Source of the DNA: Alphaproteobacteria bacterium | GTDB lineage: Bacteria > Pseudomonadota > Alphaproteobacteria > Rs-D84 | NCBI GenBank assembly: GCA_015062525.1 | Contig: SUUM01000004.1 | Span: 24,547 to 88,546, forward strand | Reading direction: 5' to 3' | DNA length: 64,000 bases | In this document: piece after piece, positions 18,416 to 27,765 of the stretch | Position numbering within the stretch: position 1 is the stretch's first letter | Layout of the letters: each line of letters opens with the position of its first letter | Made by a program: the position numbers and the translations under genes | The notes under the pieces: generated by a model | Database searches by the model: none | What the model was told of the DNA's origin: nothing | What the model saw: only the letters and a program-made list of their open reading frames with translations

Positions 18416-19061
18416 TTTTCAGCATCCTTATTGTATTTTCATAACAATCACAATTCGGACAAATCGCGGCAAATTGTTCCGCGACCCGAACAATCCCCGT
18501 TGGATTGTTTGAATCCGTTTCAATTAAAATGCGATTACTGGCCACATCTGCCACAACATTCCGTGCATTCATAAACGAAAAATATGCATTATAATCCGCA
18601 CACAATCGCGCCACATCCCCCGCATTACCAGAAAAACGATGGAACAGCATAAAAGGTGGCTGTTTGGATTTAGATTTCTTTAGCACCGCGAACATTTTAT
18701 CCCACGCGCCAACACAATGCACATGCACCCCACGCCCCAATTCCGCTGCTATTTCCAATTGGCGTGAAAAAACATCAATTTGCAAATCCATATCGGGCTT
18801 ATGTTTATCCAATCCTATTTCCCCAACCATAATTTCTGGGTTTTGAATCAACAAATCTTGCAATTTTTCATCCCAGCCCGCCACCAAATCCGCCACAAAC
18901 CACGGATGCACCCCAATTGCAGCCCAAACATTTATATTTTTATTTGCCTGGGCAATCACCCCGCCCCATTCTGACGGCCGGGTTGCATTAACGATTGCCC
19001 CGATATTATCGGGCAATTTTTCATCAAACAAATGACAATGTGCATCTATGTATTTTTTCAT
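18408..19061 (-). CDS. TatD-family metal-dependent hydrolase/DNase
   Basis: N-terminal YIDAHCHL motif; start set at MKKYID (19061). Confidence 0.7.
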   Translation of the reverse strand: MKKYIDAHCHLFDEKLPDNIGAIVNATRPSEWGGVIAQANKNINVWAAIGVHPWFVADLVAGWDEKLQDLLIQNPEIMVGEIGLDKHKPDMDLQIDVFSRQLEIAAELGRGVHVHCVGAWDKMFAVLKKSKSKQPPFMLFHRFSGNAGDVARLCADYNAYFSFMNARNVVADVASNRILIETDSNNPTGIVRVAEQFAAICPNCDCYENTIRMLKNG

Positions 19062-19096
19062 ATTTATGCAAAAAACGCCCACACGGGGCGTTTATC

Positions 19097-20458
19097 TTAA
19101 CCATTAACAATTTCCAGAACACGCCCCGGCACATCTGCAATTGCGACGCGTTCCTGGGCCATTGTATCACGATGACGCAGGGTCACCGAACCATCCTCTA
19201 TTGTCTGGTGGTCAACAGTAATACAAACCGGCGTACCAATTTCATCATGACGGCGATAGTTTTTACCAATATTTCCCGAATTTTCCAGTTCAATGCGCCC
19301 AATTGCCATTTTTCGCAACTTTGCAACAATATCATTCGAAATATCCAGTAATTCTGGCACATTACGCGCCAATGGAATAACCGCCGCCTTGACCGGCGAT
19401 AACTGTGGCTTTAACTTTAACACAGTACGTGTTTTACCGTCGCCCAGATCTTCTTCTTCGTATGCCTCTATCATAACCGCCAACATAGCACGGTTAACAC
19501 CCATCGCGGTTTCAATTACATATGGAATAAAGTTTTTACCACTTTGTGGGTCGCTGTAAGATAACTTGGTCGTACTGTCTTTATTTTCCAATACATTTGC
19601 GTTGATTTTGAAGTCTTTTTGTCCCTTGGTATGCGACCCCAGGTCAAAATCCTGGCGATTATGAATACCTTCGACTTCATCAAATCCGTCTGGGAACTCA
19701 TATTCAATGTCAACCGCCGCCTTGGCATAGTGCGCCAACTTTTCATGTGGCATAAAACGTAATTTTTCCGCCGGAATCCCAAGAACATCAATCCACCACG
19801 CCATACGTTGTTCCATCCACATTTTGTGATATTTTTCATCATCAACCGGATTTACAAAGTACTGCATTTCCGCCTGTTCAAATTCGCGCATACGGAACAC
19901 AAAGCCACGCGGGGAAATTTCGTTCCGGAACGCCTTGCCGATTTGAGCAATACCAAATGGCAACTTATGCGGCTTCGCATCCAGTACATTTTTAAAGTTA
20001 GTATATGTTGTTGTCGCTGTTTCTGGGCGCAGATATGCATTAACCGCCCCATCAGACGTTGCACCAATGGACAATCCCATCATCAACTGATACGCACGTG
20101 GTTCGGTAATATCCGTACTGCCACAGTTATCACACTTGGTTTGGTCTTTCATCTTGTCCTGGCGCATGCGGGTGCCACATTTTTTACATTCAACCAATGG
20201 GTCTGAAAATCCCGCCTCGTGCCCAGAATACTTCCACAGCAATCTGTTTGAAATCAATGCCGCATCCAGTCCTTCGATATCATCACGCGAATAAATCATG
20301 GCGTTCCACCACGCATTGCGAATATTCTTCATCAATTCAACGCCATATGGACCATAATCATATGCACCACCCAATCCACCATAAATTTCAGAACCTGTAA
20401 AAATAAACCCACGACGTTTGCACAATGCAACGATATCATTAACTGTTTTTGCTGGCAT
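19097..20458 (-). CDS. glyQS: glycine--tRNA ligase, homodimeric alpha2 (GlyQS) type
   Basis: 453 aa collinear with Thermus-type class II GlyRS (ALCKRRGFIF..SEIYGGL..YDYGP.GVEL..FRNE..FEQ.E..NIGKAYRRHDE.GTP). Confidence 0.9.
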   Translation of the reverse strand: MPAKTVNDIVALCKRRGFIFTGSEIYGGLGGAYDYGPYGVELMKNIRNAWWNAMIYSRDDIEGLDAALISNRLLWKYSGHEAGFSDPLVECKKCGTRMRQDKMKDQTKCDNCGSTDITEPRAYQLMMGLSIGATSDGAVNAYLRPETATTTYTNFKNVLDAKPHKLPFGIAQIGKAFRNEISPRGFVFRMREFEQAEMQYFVNPVDDEKYHKMWMEQRMAWWIDVLGIPAEKLRFMPHEKLAHYAKAAVDIEYEFPDGFDEVEGIHNRQDFDLGSHTKGQKDFKINANVLENKDSTTKLSYSDPQSGKNFIPYVIETAMGVNRAMLAVMIEAYEEEDLGDGKTRTVLKLKPQLSPVKAAVIPLARNVPELLDISNDIVAKLRKMAIGRIELENSGNIGKNYRRHDEIGTPVCITVDHQTIEDGSVTLRHRDTMAQERVAIADVPGRVLEIVNG

Positions 20459-20615
20459 AAATTCACCCCTATACTTAATCAGACTTATATATTATACCGA
20501 TTTTGATATTTTTCAACTGCGAATTATGTTCGCCGGCAAAAATACTGAATACTTTACAATATCTCGAAAGACAAACGCGCCCACACGGGCGCATTTGTTT
20601 TTAAAATCAATATCA

Positions 20616-21524
20616 TTAAATACTGTCTGCATTAACCCAACGTCCGTTCTTCAACAAGCCCGGGGCCATACCTTCGTTATTACGCAATGCATCAATCACA
20701 CCACGTGCCTGGGCTGCATCCAGGTTCACAATACGAACCTTGAACATATCACCTTCGTTGACAACAACCGCATCACCATATGTTTTCATACGCTGCGCCA
20801 GGGAATCTGCGCTATCTTGGGCATAGAACGCGGCAACCTGTACACTGTAATCACCGGAAACCGGGGCCACTGCAACAGGTTCCGCAACCTGTACCGGCTG
20901 TACTGGTTGTGCAACTGGTTGCGGTTCCACAACCGCAACACTTGTTTCAACCGCGGCCGGTGCTGTTGCACCCAAGGTCGCATTTTTTACCGCCATGGAC
21001 TGTTCAGACAGAACTTGAATCTGAACCTTGCCCTGACCGTTCAAGCCAATTTTCTGTGCCGCCGCCGGTGACAAGTCCATCAAACGAGTATTTACAAATG
21101 GGCCACGATTGTTGATACGCACAACAGTTGACTGACCATTATCCAGATTCGTTACACGCGCAATCGTGGGCAGTGGCAATGTTTTACTGGTTGCGACCAT
21201 TTGATTAATATCGAACACTTCACCATTACTTGTTTTAGTACCATTTAATTCCGTTGGAATGATACCAACCACACCCGTCTGATTATATGTCATATCTTCG
21301 ACTGGGATATATTGCACATCATCAACCTTGTACGCGGTACCAATATAATACTTTGGTGCCGGCGCCAACAAATAAGAATCATTCAAACTTTGCACCGGTG
21401 CATCCATTGTCAATGGTTCCTCGCCGAAACCATCACCATAACTTGTGTTATTCCCGGTTGTGCTTAAATCCGCACACCCCGCCAATACCGCAGTCAAAAC
21501 CGCCAAGGAAACTATTTTTTTCAT
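20616..21524 (-). CDS. rlpA: septal ring lytic transglycosylase RlpA-like lipoprotein (DPBB + SPOR domains)
   Basis: Lipoprotein signal (LAGC); DPBB motif VVRINNRGPF...LS.AAA; C-terminal SPOR-like domain. Confidence 0.7.
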   Translation of the reverse strand: MKKIVSLAVLTAVLAGCADLSTTGNNTSYGDGFGEEPLTMDAPVQSLNDSYLLAPAPKYYIGTAYKVDDVQYIPVEDMTYNQTGVVGIIPTELNGTKTSNGEVFDINQMVATSKTLPLPTIARVTNLDNGQSTVVRINNRGPFVNTRLMDLSPAAAQKIGLNGQGKVQIQVLSEQSMAVKNATLGATAPAAVETSVAVVEPQPVAQPVQPVQVAEPVAVAPVSGDYSVQVAAFYAQDSADSLAQRMKTYGDAVVVNEGDMFKVRIVNLDAAQARGVIDALRNNEGMAPGLLKNGRWVNADSI

Positions 21525-21600
21525 ATCTGGAACTCCTTACATTCTTTTATGATTTACATTTTATCATAAATTAGGGTCCGTTTCAAATTTATTTTATCTA

Positions 21601-23064
21601 TTATTTAATACGCCTATCAATCACATACGCCACCGGCAAATATAACATCCCATACCCCGCAATTACGCCCCCCAGAATCCAAATACTGCCGATTTCAACA
21701 CGCGCCATAATCAGTCCCAATATCGCCGCCCACAAACCAAATGCGACAACTGCACGCATAGTGCGCCCATCATGATGCACCAACGCACGCGCACGACATG
21801 CCCGCCCCAGCAGATAATTTTTCAGATAACCACTGGCCACCACGCCAATCGGCACCGCCAGGTACCCAACAATCGGGAACAATGCCAAATACATTACCGC
21901 CGCCGCCCCCAACGACACCATACTGGTTTTAACCGGGGTCTTAACATCCTGGGACGCATACAGGGTTTTACTGTAAATCTGGCTGACCAACATAGCCGGC
22001 AATACAAACGCCTGAATCATAATCGCATGCGCCACCGCCCGTGTTGATTCAGCCGTCCAAGCACCATATTCAAACAGATACTTGATAATAGGTTCCGCCA
22101 ACACAACCAGTCCCACCACACAAGGCAAAATCAGCATCAGCGATCGTCGCATAGATGAATTTTGTTGAATATAAACGCTGCGCATATTTTTATCTGCCAA
22201 CGCATTGGAAATAGACGACATCAAAACCGTCCCCACCGCCAACCCAATCATCGCAAACGGCAATTGCACAATACGGTCTGAATAATACAGCCACGACACC
22301 GCCCCACTTTGGAAACTGGCCACCAGCGTACCTACAATAATCGTAATCTGATAAAAACCACTGCCGATAATGCTGACCCCTAAACGTTTGAACAAAGACC
22401 GCATCCGCGGGGTCCAACGTGGCACAACCAATCGCAATCCAAAGTGTTTATGTCGAATCCGCCGCCACAACACACCAAACTGAATAATTCCCGACAATAC
22501 AACCGTTCCCGCCATCAGATAAAGGACATTTTGCGTTCCCCACACCATCGCAATCAATAATGCACCAATCAACATGATGTTCAGCAACACCGGCATAAAC
22601 GCCGCCAACAAAAATCGCGAAAACGCATTCAATATAGCCGACAAAAACGCCGCCCCACAAACAAAAATCACATAAACAAACATTATTCGCGATATAACAA
22701 CGGTCATTTCCATTTTACCTGGCACCACATCAAATCCCGGCGCCAGAATCCACACGACCAAAGGCATAAATATTTCGAATAATATTGTAATCCCCAGCAA
22801 CCCAACCATCAGCCACGAAAACACATTTCGCGCAAACGATTCGTCCCGTCGCGAATCCGCATACATGGGAATAAAGATTGCAGACAAAGCCCCCTCGCCC
22901 AATAAATCGCGGAATAAATTCGGCAATTTGAATGCCGCCAAAAAAATGTCTGACAAGCGTCCCGCGCCCAAAACGCGCGCAATTAACATATCGCGCACAA
23001 ATCCGAACACACGACTGATGCCGGTCATGGCACCAACACCAAAAATATGTTTGCCCAGTTTCAT
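21601..23064 (-). CDS. murJ: lipid II flippase MurJ
   Basis: 487 aa, ~14 TM helices; conserved N-terminus (VGAMTGISRVFGFVRDMLIARVLGAG). Confidence 0.85.
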   Translation of the reverse strand: MKLGKHIFGVGAMTGISRVFGFVRDMLIARVLGAGRLSDIFLAAFKLPNLFRDLLGEGALSAIFIPMYADSRRDESFARNVFSWLMVGLLGITILFEIFMPLVVWILAPGFDVVPGKMEMTVVISRIMFVYVIFVCGAAFLSAILNAFSRFLLAAFMPVLLNIMLIGALLIAMVWGTQNVLYLMAGTVVLSGIIQFGVLWRRIRHKHFGLRLVVPRWTPRMRSLFKRLGVSIIGSGFYQITIIVGTLVASFQSGAVSWLYYSDRIVQLPFAMIGLAVGTVLMSSISNALADKNMRSVYIQQNSSMRRSLMLILPCVVGLVVLAEPIIKYLFEYGAWTAESTRAVAHAIMIQAFVLPAMLVSQIYSKTLYASQDVKTPVKTSMVSLGAAAVMYLALFPIVGYLAVPIGVVASGYLKNYLLGRACRARALVHHDGRTMRAVVAFGLWAAILGLIMARVEIGSIWILGGVIAGYGMLYLPVAYVIDRRIK

Positions 23065-23116
23065 GTTTTAGATTATACTGCCATCATCAAATAAAAATCA
23101 AGACAGGAATAAATAT

Positions 23117-23839
23117 ATGAAAAAACAAATTACCCTGATTGGCATATTGGCGATATTGGCGGGCTGCGCCGGTTCAGACAATGAAATTGTGGCGGATCAA
23201 CCCCTGCCCGAAATATACGCAAACGCCTATGCAGAATTTAATGATGAAAATTATGAAGAAGCCGCCACGGAATTCCTGCGTGCTGAAACCCAGCACCCGG
23301 CCAGTTCCTGGGCCCCAGATGCATTGATTATGGCGGCATATTCACATTATATGGATGGCGACTTTGCCGGCGCGTTATTGGCGACCGACCGATTTATGCG
23401 ATTCCATCCCGGCCATCGTGATGTGCCATATGTAATGTACCTGCGCGGCATGTGTTATTATCGCCAGGTCAGCGATGTCCGCCGCGAACCCGGCATGTCC
23501 GCGTACGCATTGACGCAGTTTCAGACATTGGTCCAACGTTTCCCCAACAGCGAATATGCAAAAAATGCCGAAAACAAAATCAATATATTAAAGAACTATA
23601 TAGCGGGCAAGGTTATGTATTCCGCCCGCAACGACATGCGCGTTGAAAATTGGCCCAGCGCGATAAACCAATTACAAACCATTGTTCGCGACGCCCAGGA
23701 AACCGCCATGACGCCCGAGGCCCTGTACCGCCTGACCGAGGCTTATACCGCAATCGGCCTGCCCGAACAGGCGCACGGATACGCCGAAATGTTAAAATTA
23801 AACTTTCCGGACAACACCTGGACAAAAAAGTTAAAATAA
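23117..23839 (+). CDS. bamD: outer membrane protein assembly factor BamD-like TPR lipoprotein
   Basis: Lipobox LAGCAG; TPR-like helices; ~240 aa, the size and pattern of BamD/YfiO. Confidence 0.65.
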   Translation: MKKQITLIGILAILAGCAGSDNEIVADQPLPEIYANAYAEFNDENYEEAATEFLRAETQHPASSWAPDALIMAAYSHYMDGDFAGALLATDRFMRFHPGHRDVPYVMYLRGMCYYRQVSDVRREPGMSAYALTQFQTLVQRFPNSEYAKNAENKINILKNYIAGKVMYSARNDMRVENWPSAINQLQTIVRDAQETAMTPEALYRLTEAYTAIGLPEQAHGYAEMLKLNFPDNTWTKKLK

Positions 23840-23842
23840 AAA

Positions 23843-23907
23843 AAATCCCCCATCCGGGCCCCGCGCAAACAAATGCTTGCGTGGGTGGACATCCGGGGGT
23901 TTTTCAA
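23843..23907. terminator. terminator-like repeat module (A-tract, GC hairpin, T-tract), homolog of 13507..13572
   Basis: aaaaaatcccccatccgggccccgcgcaaacaaatgcttgcgtgggtggacatccgggggttttt; shared cgcgcaaac..aatg.ttg.gtgggtgga core. Confidence 0.6.
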
Positions 23908-23928
23908 GACAAGAAAGGAACTGGTATT

Positions 23929-24834
23929 CTATATCAATCCAAAGGACGTGATATAGTTGAAAGATATTCCCATGATAAAGTTGCTGCCATAGACATCAAC
24001 CCCACGGGCGCGGGCGCGACGATACTGCACATATGGCCCCATCGTCAAATCACCCCACAAATTCGTATCCAAGCGCAAAACCGCACTTAAATCGCGTTCC
24101 AGGTCCGTTGGAACAAACTGCGAATAACTTAGATATTCACGATAGTACCCATTGGACGATAATTTTACCCCTTCGCGAATTTGATATTCCAAACGCCAAC
24201 CAAGTTCCGCCGCCAATTTGCTGGTCTTTTCATTGGCAAAGGTAAAATCATATTCATACACACCCGTCAAATACAGGCTTTTTACAATTGCATTGTCAAA
24301 CAGCGAAATACCGGCACTGCCACGAACGACCTGCTGGCGCGGTGTATCATCTGCGGTTTTAAATTCTGTATCATATGCCGCACGAACCGTCGGACCAAAT
24401 TTAAATCCATAAGATTCCCAACACGCATAAGACAAATCGCTACTTAACAAAATATCATCGGCGTTTTCACTAACCGTTTCTGGCTCATCATATGGTTGCA
24501 ACTTGGTTTCACCATATTCCATAAACAGTGAATTATCCCACTGAAAACGATTTTTGCTGTATTCCAGCGCCGTATCAAAAACGCCCTTAACAAATGTCTG
24601 ACTGTCTGCCTTTAACGCAGAAATTGGCGATTTTTGATATTCAGCCGCATTTTTCACATCAGTACGCGACCATTCCAACCCAATTCGACGCACCGCCAAT
24701 GTCAGTTTAGCAGAATCCACCGCCGGCGCATCATCCGCCAATGCCATTCCCGGCAACATAAATAACAAAGCAACCCACGATATTTTTCTCAAATCAACAC
24801 CCCATTTATTTCCAAATTCGCAATACACCATCAT
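23929..24834 (-). CDS. hypothetical secreted/envelope protein
   Basis: ORF 23929..24885; signal-peptide-like KISWVALLFMLPGMALA; start uncertain. Confidence 0.45.
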   Translation of the reverse strand: MMVYCEFGNKWGVDLRKISWVALLFMLPGMALADDAPAVDSAKLTLAVRRIGLEWSRTDVKNAAEYQKSPISALKADSQTFVKGVFDTALEYSKNRFQWDNSLFMEYGETKLQPYDEPETVSENADDILLSSDLSYACWESYGFKFGPTVRAAYDTEFKTADDTPRQQVVRGSAGISLFDNAIVKSLYLTGVYEYDFTFANEKTSKLAAELGWRLEYQIREGVKLSSNGYYREYLSYSQFVPTDLERDLSAVLRLDTNLWGDLTMGPYVQYRRARARGVDVYGSNFIMGISFNYITSFGLI

Positions 24835-25420
24835 TATTGGCGAATCGCCATCCGGCCTCGCGCACGGCAATCGTAAATTTACCACGCGCCGACACAGGCA
24901 ATTCCAACACCGCTGAATCCGCAGTCATGGTCTTGGTTCCCAAATCAATTTTTTCATTCCGTGCAATCTGATTTAATTCTGCCCAATTTTGCATTCCGTT
25001 CGACATATTTACATTTACAACAAACACATCCTGTTTTGATTCATCGGGCAACCAATGCTGCACCGCATTATTGTCCAACCATGTGCGCGCCGCCCCGCCA
25101 TCAACCGCCATTGAAATATTCGCGGAATACGTTGTATCAGACAACTTTTCACCATCAATACTGGATGATGCAATCAGGTTCATTAAATCCGAACTTTTCG
25201 CCTGCGAAACGGCCGATTTCAGCGCTTCCACGTCTGCATATTGCCGCAATACATCGTTTATAATCTGCCGACGCGCCTCGTCAAAGGCAATATTTTTTGC
25301 ATTTGCAGCCGTATCACTTGTGATATTCACAGATGCCACACCATGCAAATCCACCGCATATGCCGACACCAGTAATCCGCACCCCAACATTCCGAACAAA
25401 AAAGCACGTATTTTCCGCAT
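24806..25420 (-). CDS. hypothetical secreted protein
   Basis: Signal peptide MRKIRAFLFGMLGCGLLVSAYA; start chosen at 25420 to avoid overlapping the upstream OMP gene. Confidence 0.45.
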   Translation of the reverse strand: MRKIRAFLFGMLGCGLLVSAYAVDLHGVASVNITSDTAANAKNIAFDEARRQIINDVLRQYADVEALKSAVSQAKSSDLMNLIASSSIDGEKLSDTTYSANISMAVDGGAARTWLDNNAVQHWLPDESKQDVFVVNVNMSNGMQNWAELNQIARNEKIDLGTKTMTADSAVLELPVSARGKFTIAVREAGWRFANNDGVLRIWK

Positions 25421-25424
25421 ACTA

Positions 25425-27062
25425 TCAGAACCTTGCATTCACCCCGATACGAATCCCAAGTGATTTATAAAAAGATTTTATTTCGCTATCCACCTTGTCT
25501 TCCCAGTTGTTTGCACGCACCACGGCAACATATTCAGGATCTAATTCAACCACTTGTCCATTCGTATCCAGGATACGATCTGCCTGGGAAATACCATTTT
25601 GCATAAAATGCTCTATCTGCGAATCCGAAAAAGTGTTTCCAAAATCAGTATTCAGCACCTTTTTCCACAGGTTAAATGCATTTTCATATTCTGGCACCCA
25701 ATAAGACGGATTCAAATACGTCGTAGCATCCGCGTCAGACACAGAATAATAATCATATGTCAAACCAATAGACAACGCAACCTTGTCCGTTATCGCGGTA
25801 CGCCAATTTGCCCCCATACCAAAATGGATTCCGGAACCAATCCCCCCCTTGTCCTGAACGGATTTTGGGTGTTGCCAATCAATACGATACGGCTGGTCGC
25901 CCGTGGCGGTGTACGACGGCAATCCTAACTCAACATTTGCCACCACAACATTATTCTGATTGATATCATATTGCATATCCAAAGCGACGTATGGACCCGA
26001 CCACTCAACCTCGTACGAATGACTCACATCCGGCTGCTCAAAATAGAACGTTCCTTCGGCCTCAACTAAATCATAGCCCCCAGGCACCTGAACCGCCGCA
26101 TAAACCGCATCCCCTTCCAGATAGCCATCGCCATCACTATCCACTAACTGATTTCCATTTGCATCAAAATAAGAATACCCAGGATACGCAGGATTCGCAT
26201 AATTCTGAATACCGTCAAACACCGCAATCAGTGGCCAACATTGTGTTGAACCGTCCATCAACGTTACACAGGACGCATCATAATCCGCATTAACAAAAAC
26301 CACACCTTTGTTGTTTGTCGTTTTCAAATCATATTTTAAATAGCGCCAACCAACCGATGGTGTAATTCTCAAATTCCCCAATTTAAAAAAGTCCGTCAGT
26401 CCAATACCAACATTGTAACCAAACATATCACCGTCTTTACTGACACCACTTGATAAAGCATGCCCCAGCTTCTCCCCTGTGAACGCATTACCCGCACTAT
26501 TCACACCATAATACAAACCATACAAATAACCACCATGACTAATATCATCATCAATCATACTGGTTTCACCAGTCTGCATACCATACTGCAACCCTGCGCC
26601 AATTTGCACGGCAGTATTACCAACATCAAAGACAGATTTAGCTGCCGCATCAAACACCAACCAGTCTATATTATCATAGTGTAATTTTGACCCCGCGGTA
26701 TCCATTTCAAATTCCCACATCGCCACCTGCTTAGACAACCCGGCATCCAAACTGAACCCATGCGCACTAGATTGTGTTGCCACACGTTTTTGTTGTGATT
26801 GCTGTGGCTGTTGTGGCTGTTGCGTCATTCCAGCACGCGAATTTGTTGTATACCCCGCATTTGCATACTGATTACGATTATACGCCGACACGCCCTGGGA
26901 CGAATAATTCGTTGTACGAGCACGCTGGGTATAAGACTGTTGCGAATAACTTCTCTGGGGGGATTGGTAATTCCCTGTATAATACGTGCCCGCAGCATGC
27001 GCACCCGCCGACACCAGCACAATTGCAGAACAACTAAACAAAAAACGTGGCAAGATTTTCAT
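25425..27062 (-). CDS. outer-membrane beta-barrel protein with a Q-rich N-terminal region
   Basis: Signal peptide MKILPRFLFSCSAIVLVSAGAHA; C-terminal beta-signal ending in ARF. Confidence 0.55.
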   Translation of the reverse strand: MKILPRFLFSCSAIVLVSAGAHAAGTYYTGNYQSPQRSYSQQSYTQRARTTNYSSQGVSAYNRNQYANAGYTTNSRAGMTQQPQQPQQSQQKRVATQSSAHGFSLDAGLSKQVAMWEFEMDTAGSKLHYDNIDWLVFDAAAKSVFDVGNTAVQIGAGLQYGMQTGETSMIDDDISHGGYLYGLYYGVNSAGNAFTGEKLGHALSSGVSKDGDMFGYNVGIGLTDFFKLGNLRITPSVGWRYLKYDLKTTNNKGVVFVNADYDASCVTLMDGSTQCWPLIAVFDGIQNYANPAYPGYSYFDANGNQLVDSDGDGYLEGDAVYAAVQVPGGYDLVEAEGTFYFEQPDVSHSYEVEWSGPYVALDMQYDINQNNVVVANVELGLPSYTATGDQPYRIDWQHPKSVQDKGGIGSGIHFGMGANWRTAITDKVALSIGLTYDYYSVSDADATTYLNPSYWVPEYENAFNLWKKVLNTDFGNTFSDSQIEHFMQNGISQADRILDTNGQVVELDPEYVAVVRANNWEDKVDSEIKSFYKSLGIRIGVNARF

Positions 27063-27237
27063 ATTACACCCTTTCCTTTTAATCCGTATCAAAAGATATT
27101 TTATCATAAAAAAGTTGAAAAACAAATTTAATATTGCAAAAATATATCACCAGGACACATATCATGTCTCACATTTGCGATCATGGCGACTACGTGAGCG
27201 AACGCGAACGTGCCGCCCAGAACCATTATTCAAACAC

Positions 27238-27322
27238 GCGACCATGGCGGAACTGGTAGACGCGCAGCACTAAGGATGCTGTGGGGCAACCCTTGGGGGT
27301 TCGATTCCCCCTGGTCGCACCA
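27238..27322 (+). tRNA. tRNA-Leu, type II; anticodon reads AAG (A34, unusual) by manual folding
   Basis: Acceptor GCGACCA/TGGTCGC; anticodon stem CAGCA/TGCTG with loop CTAAGGA; 5' half nearly identical to tRNA-Leu(CAG) at 12383. Confidence 0.65.
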
Positions 27323-27364
27323 CCAAATTTTCAAGCAAGCGCAGCGCGCGTTGAAAATTTGAGT

Positions 27365-27714
27365 GTCTCGGCGGTGCTTTGCACCGACGGACAGCAAGAA
27401 CCAACGGTTATTCAATGTCTCGGCAGTACCTTGCACCGACGGACAGCAAGAACCAACGGTTATTCAATGTCTCGGCAGTACCTTGCACCGACGGACAGCA
27501 AGAACCAACGGTTATTCAACGTCTCGGCGGTGCTTTGCACCGACGGACAGCAAGAACCAACGGTTATTCAGTGTCTCGGCGGTGCTTTGCACCGACGGAC
27601 AGCAAGAACCAACGGTTATTCAATGTCTCGGCGGTGCTTTGCACCGACGGACAGCAAGAACCAACGGTTATTCAATGTCTCGGCGGTGCCTTGCACAGAC
27701 GGGGTCTTGTCTCC
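27365..27714. repeat. 52-bp tandem repeat, 6 full + 1 divergent copy, each with hairpin CGGTGC-TTT-GCACCG
   Basis: Exact 52-bp periodicity (units at 27365, 27417, 27469, 27521, 27573, 27625, 27677); units 2-3 carry three transitions in the hairpin arm; a single homologous copy lies at 12583. Confidence 0.9.
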
Positions 27715-27765
27715 ATTTTCTACTTGCTCGACTTTTGATAAATTTGCTAACATTCATTCAACAGA

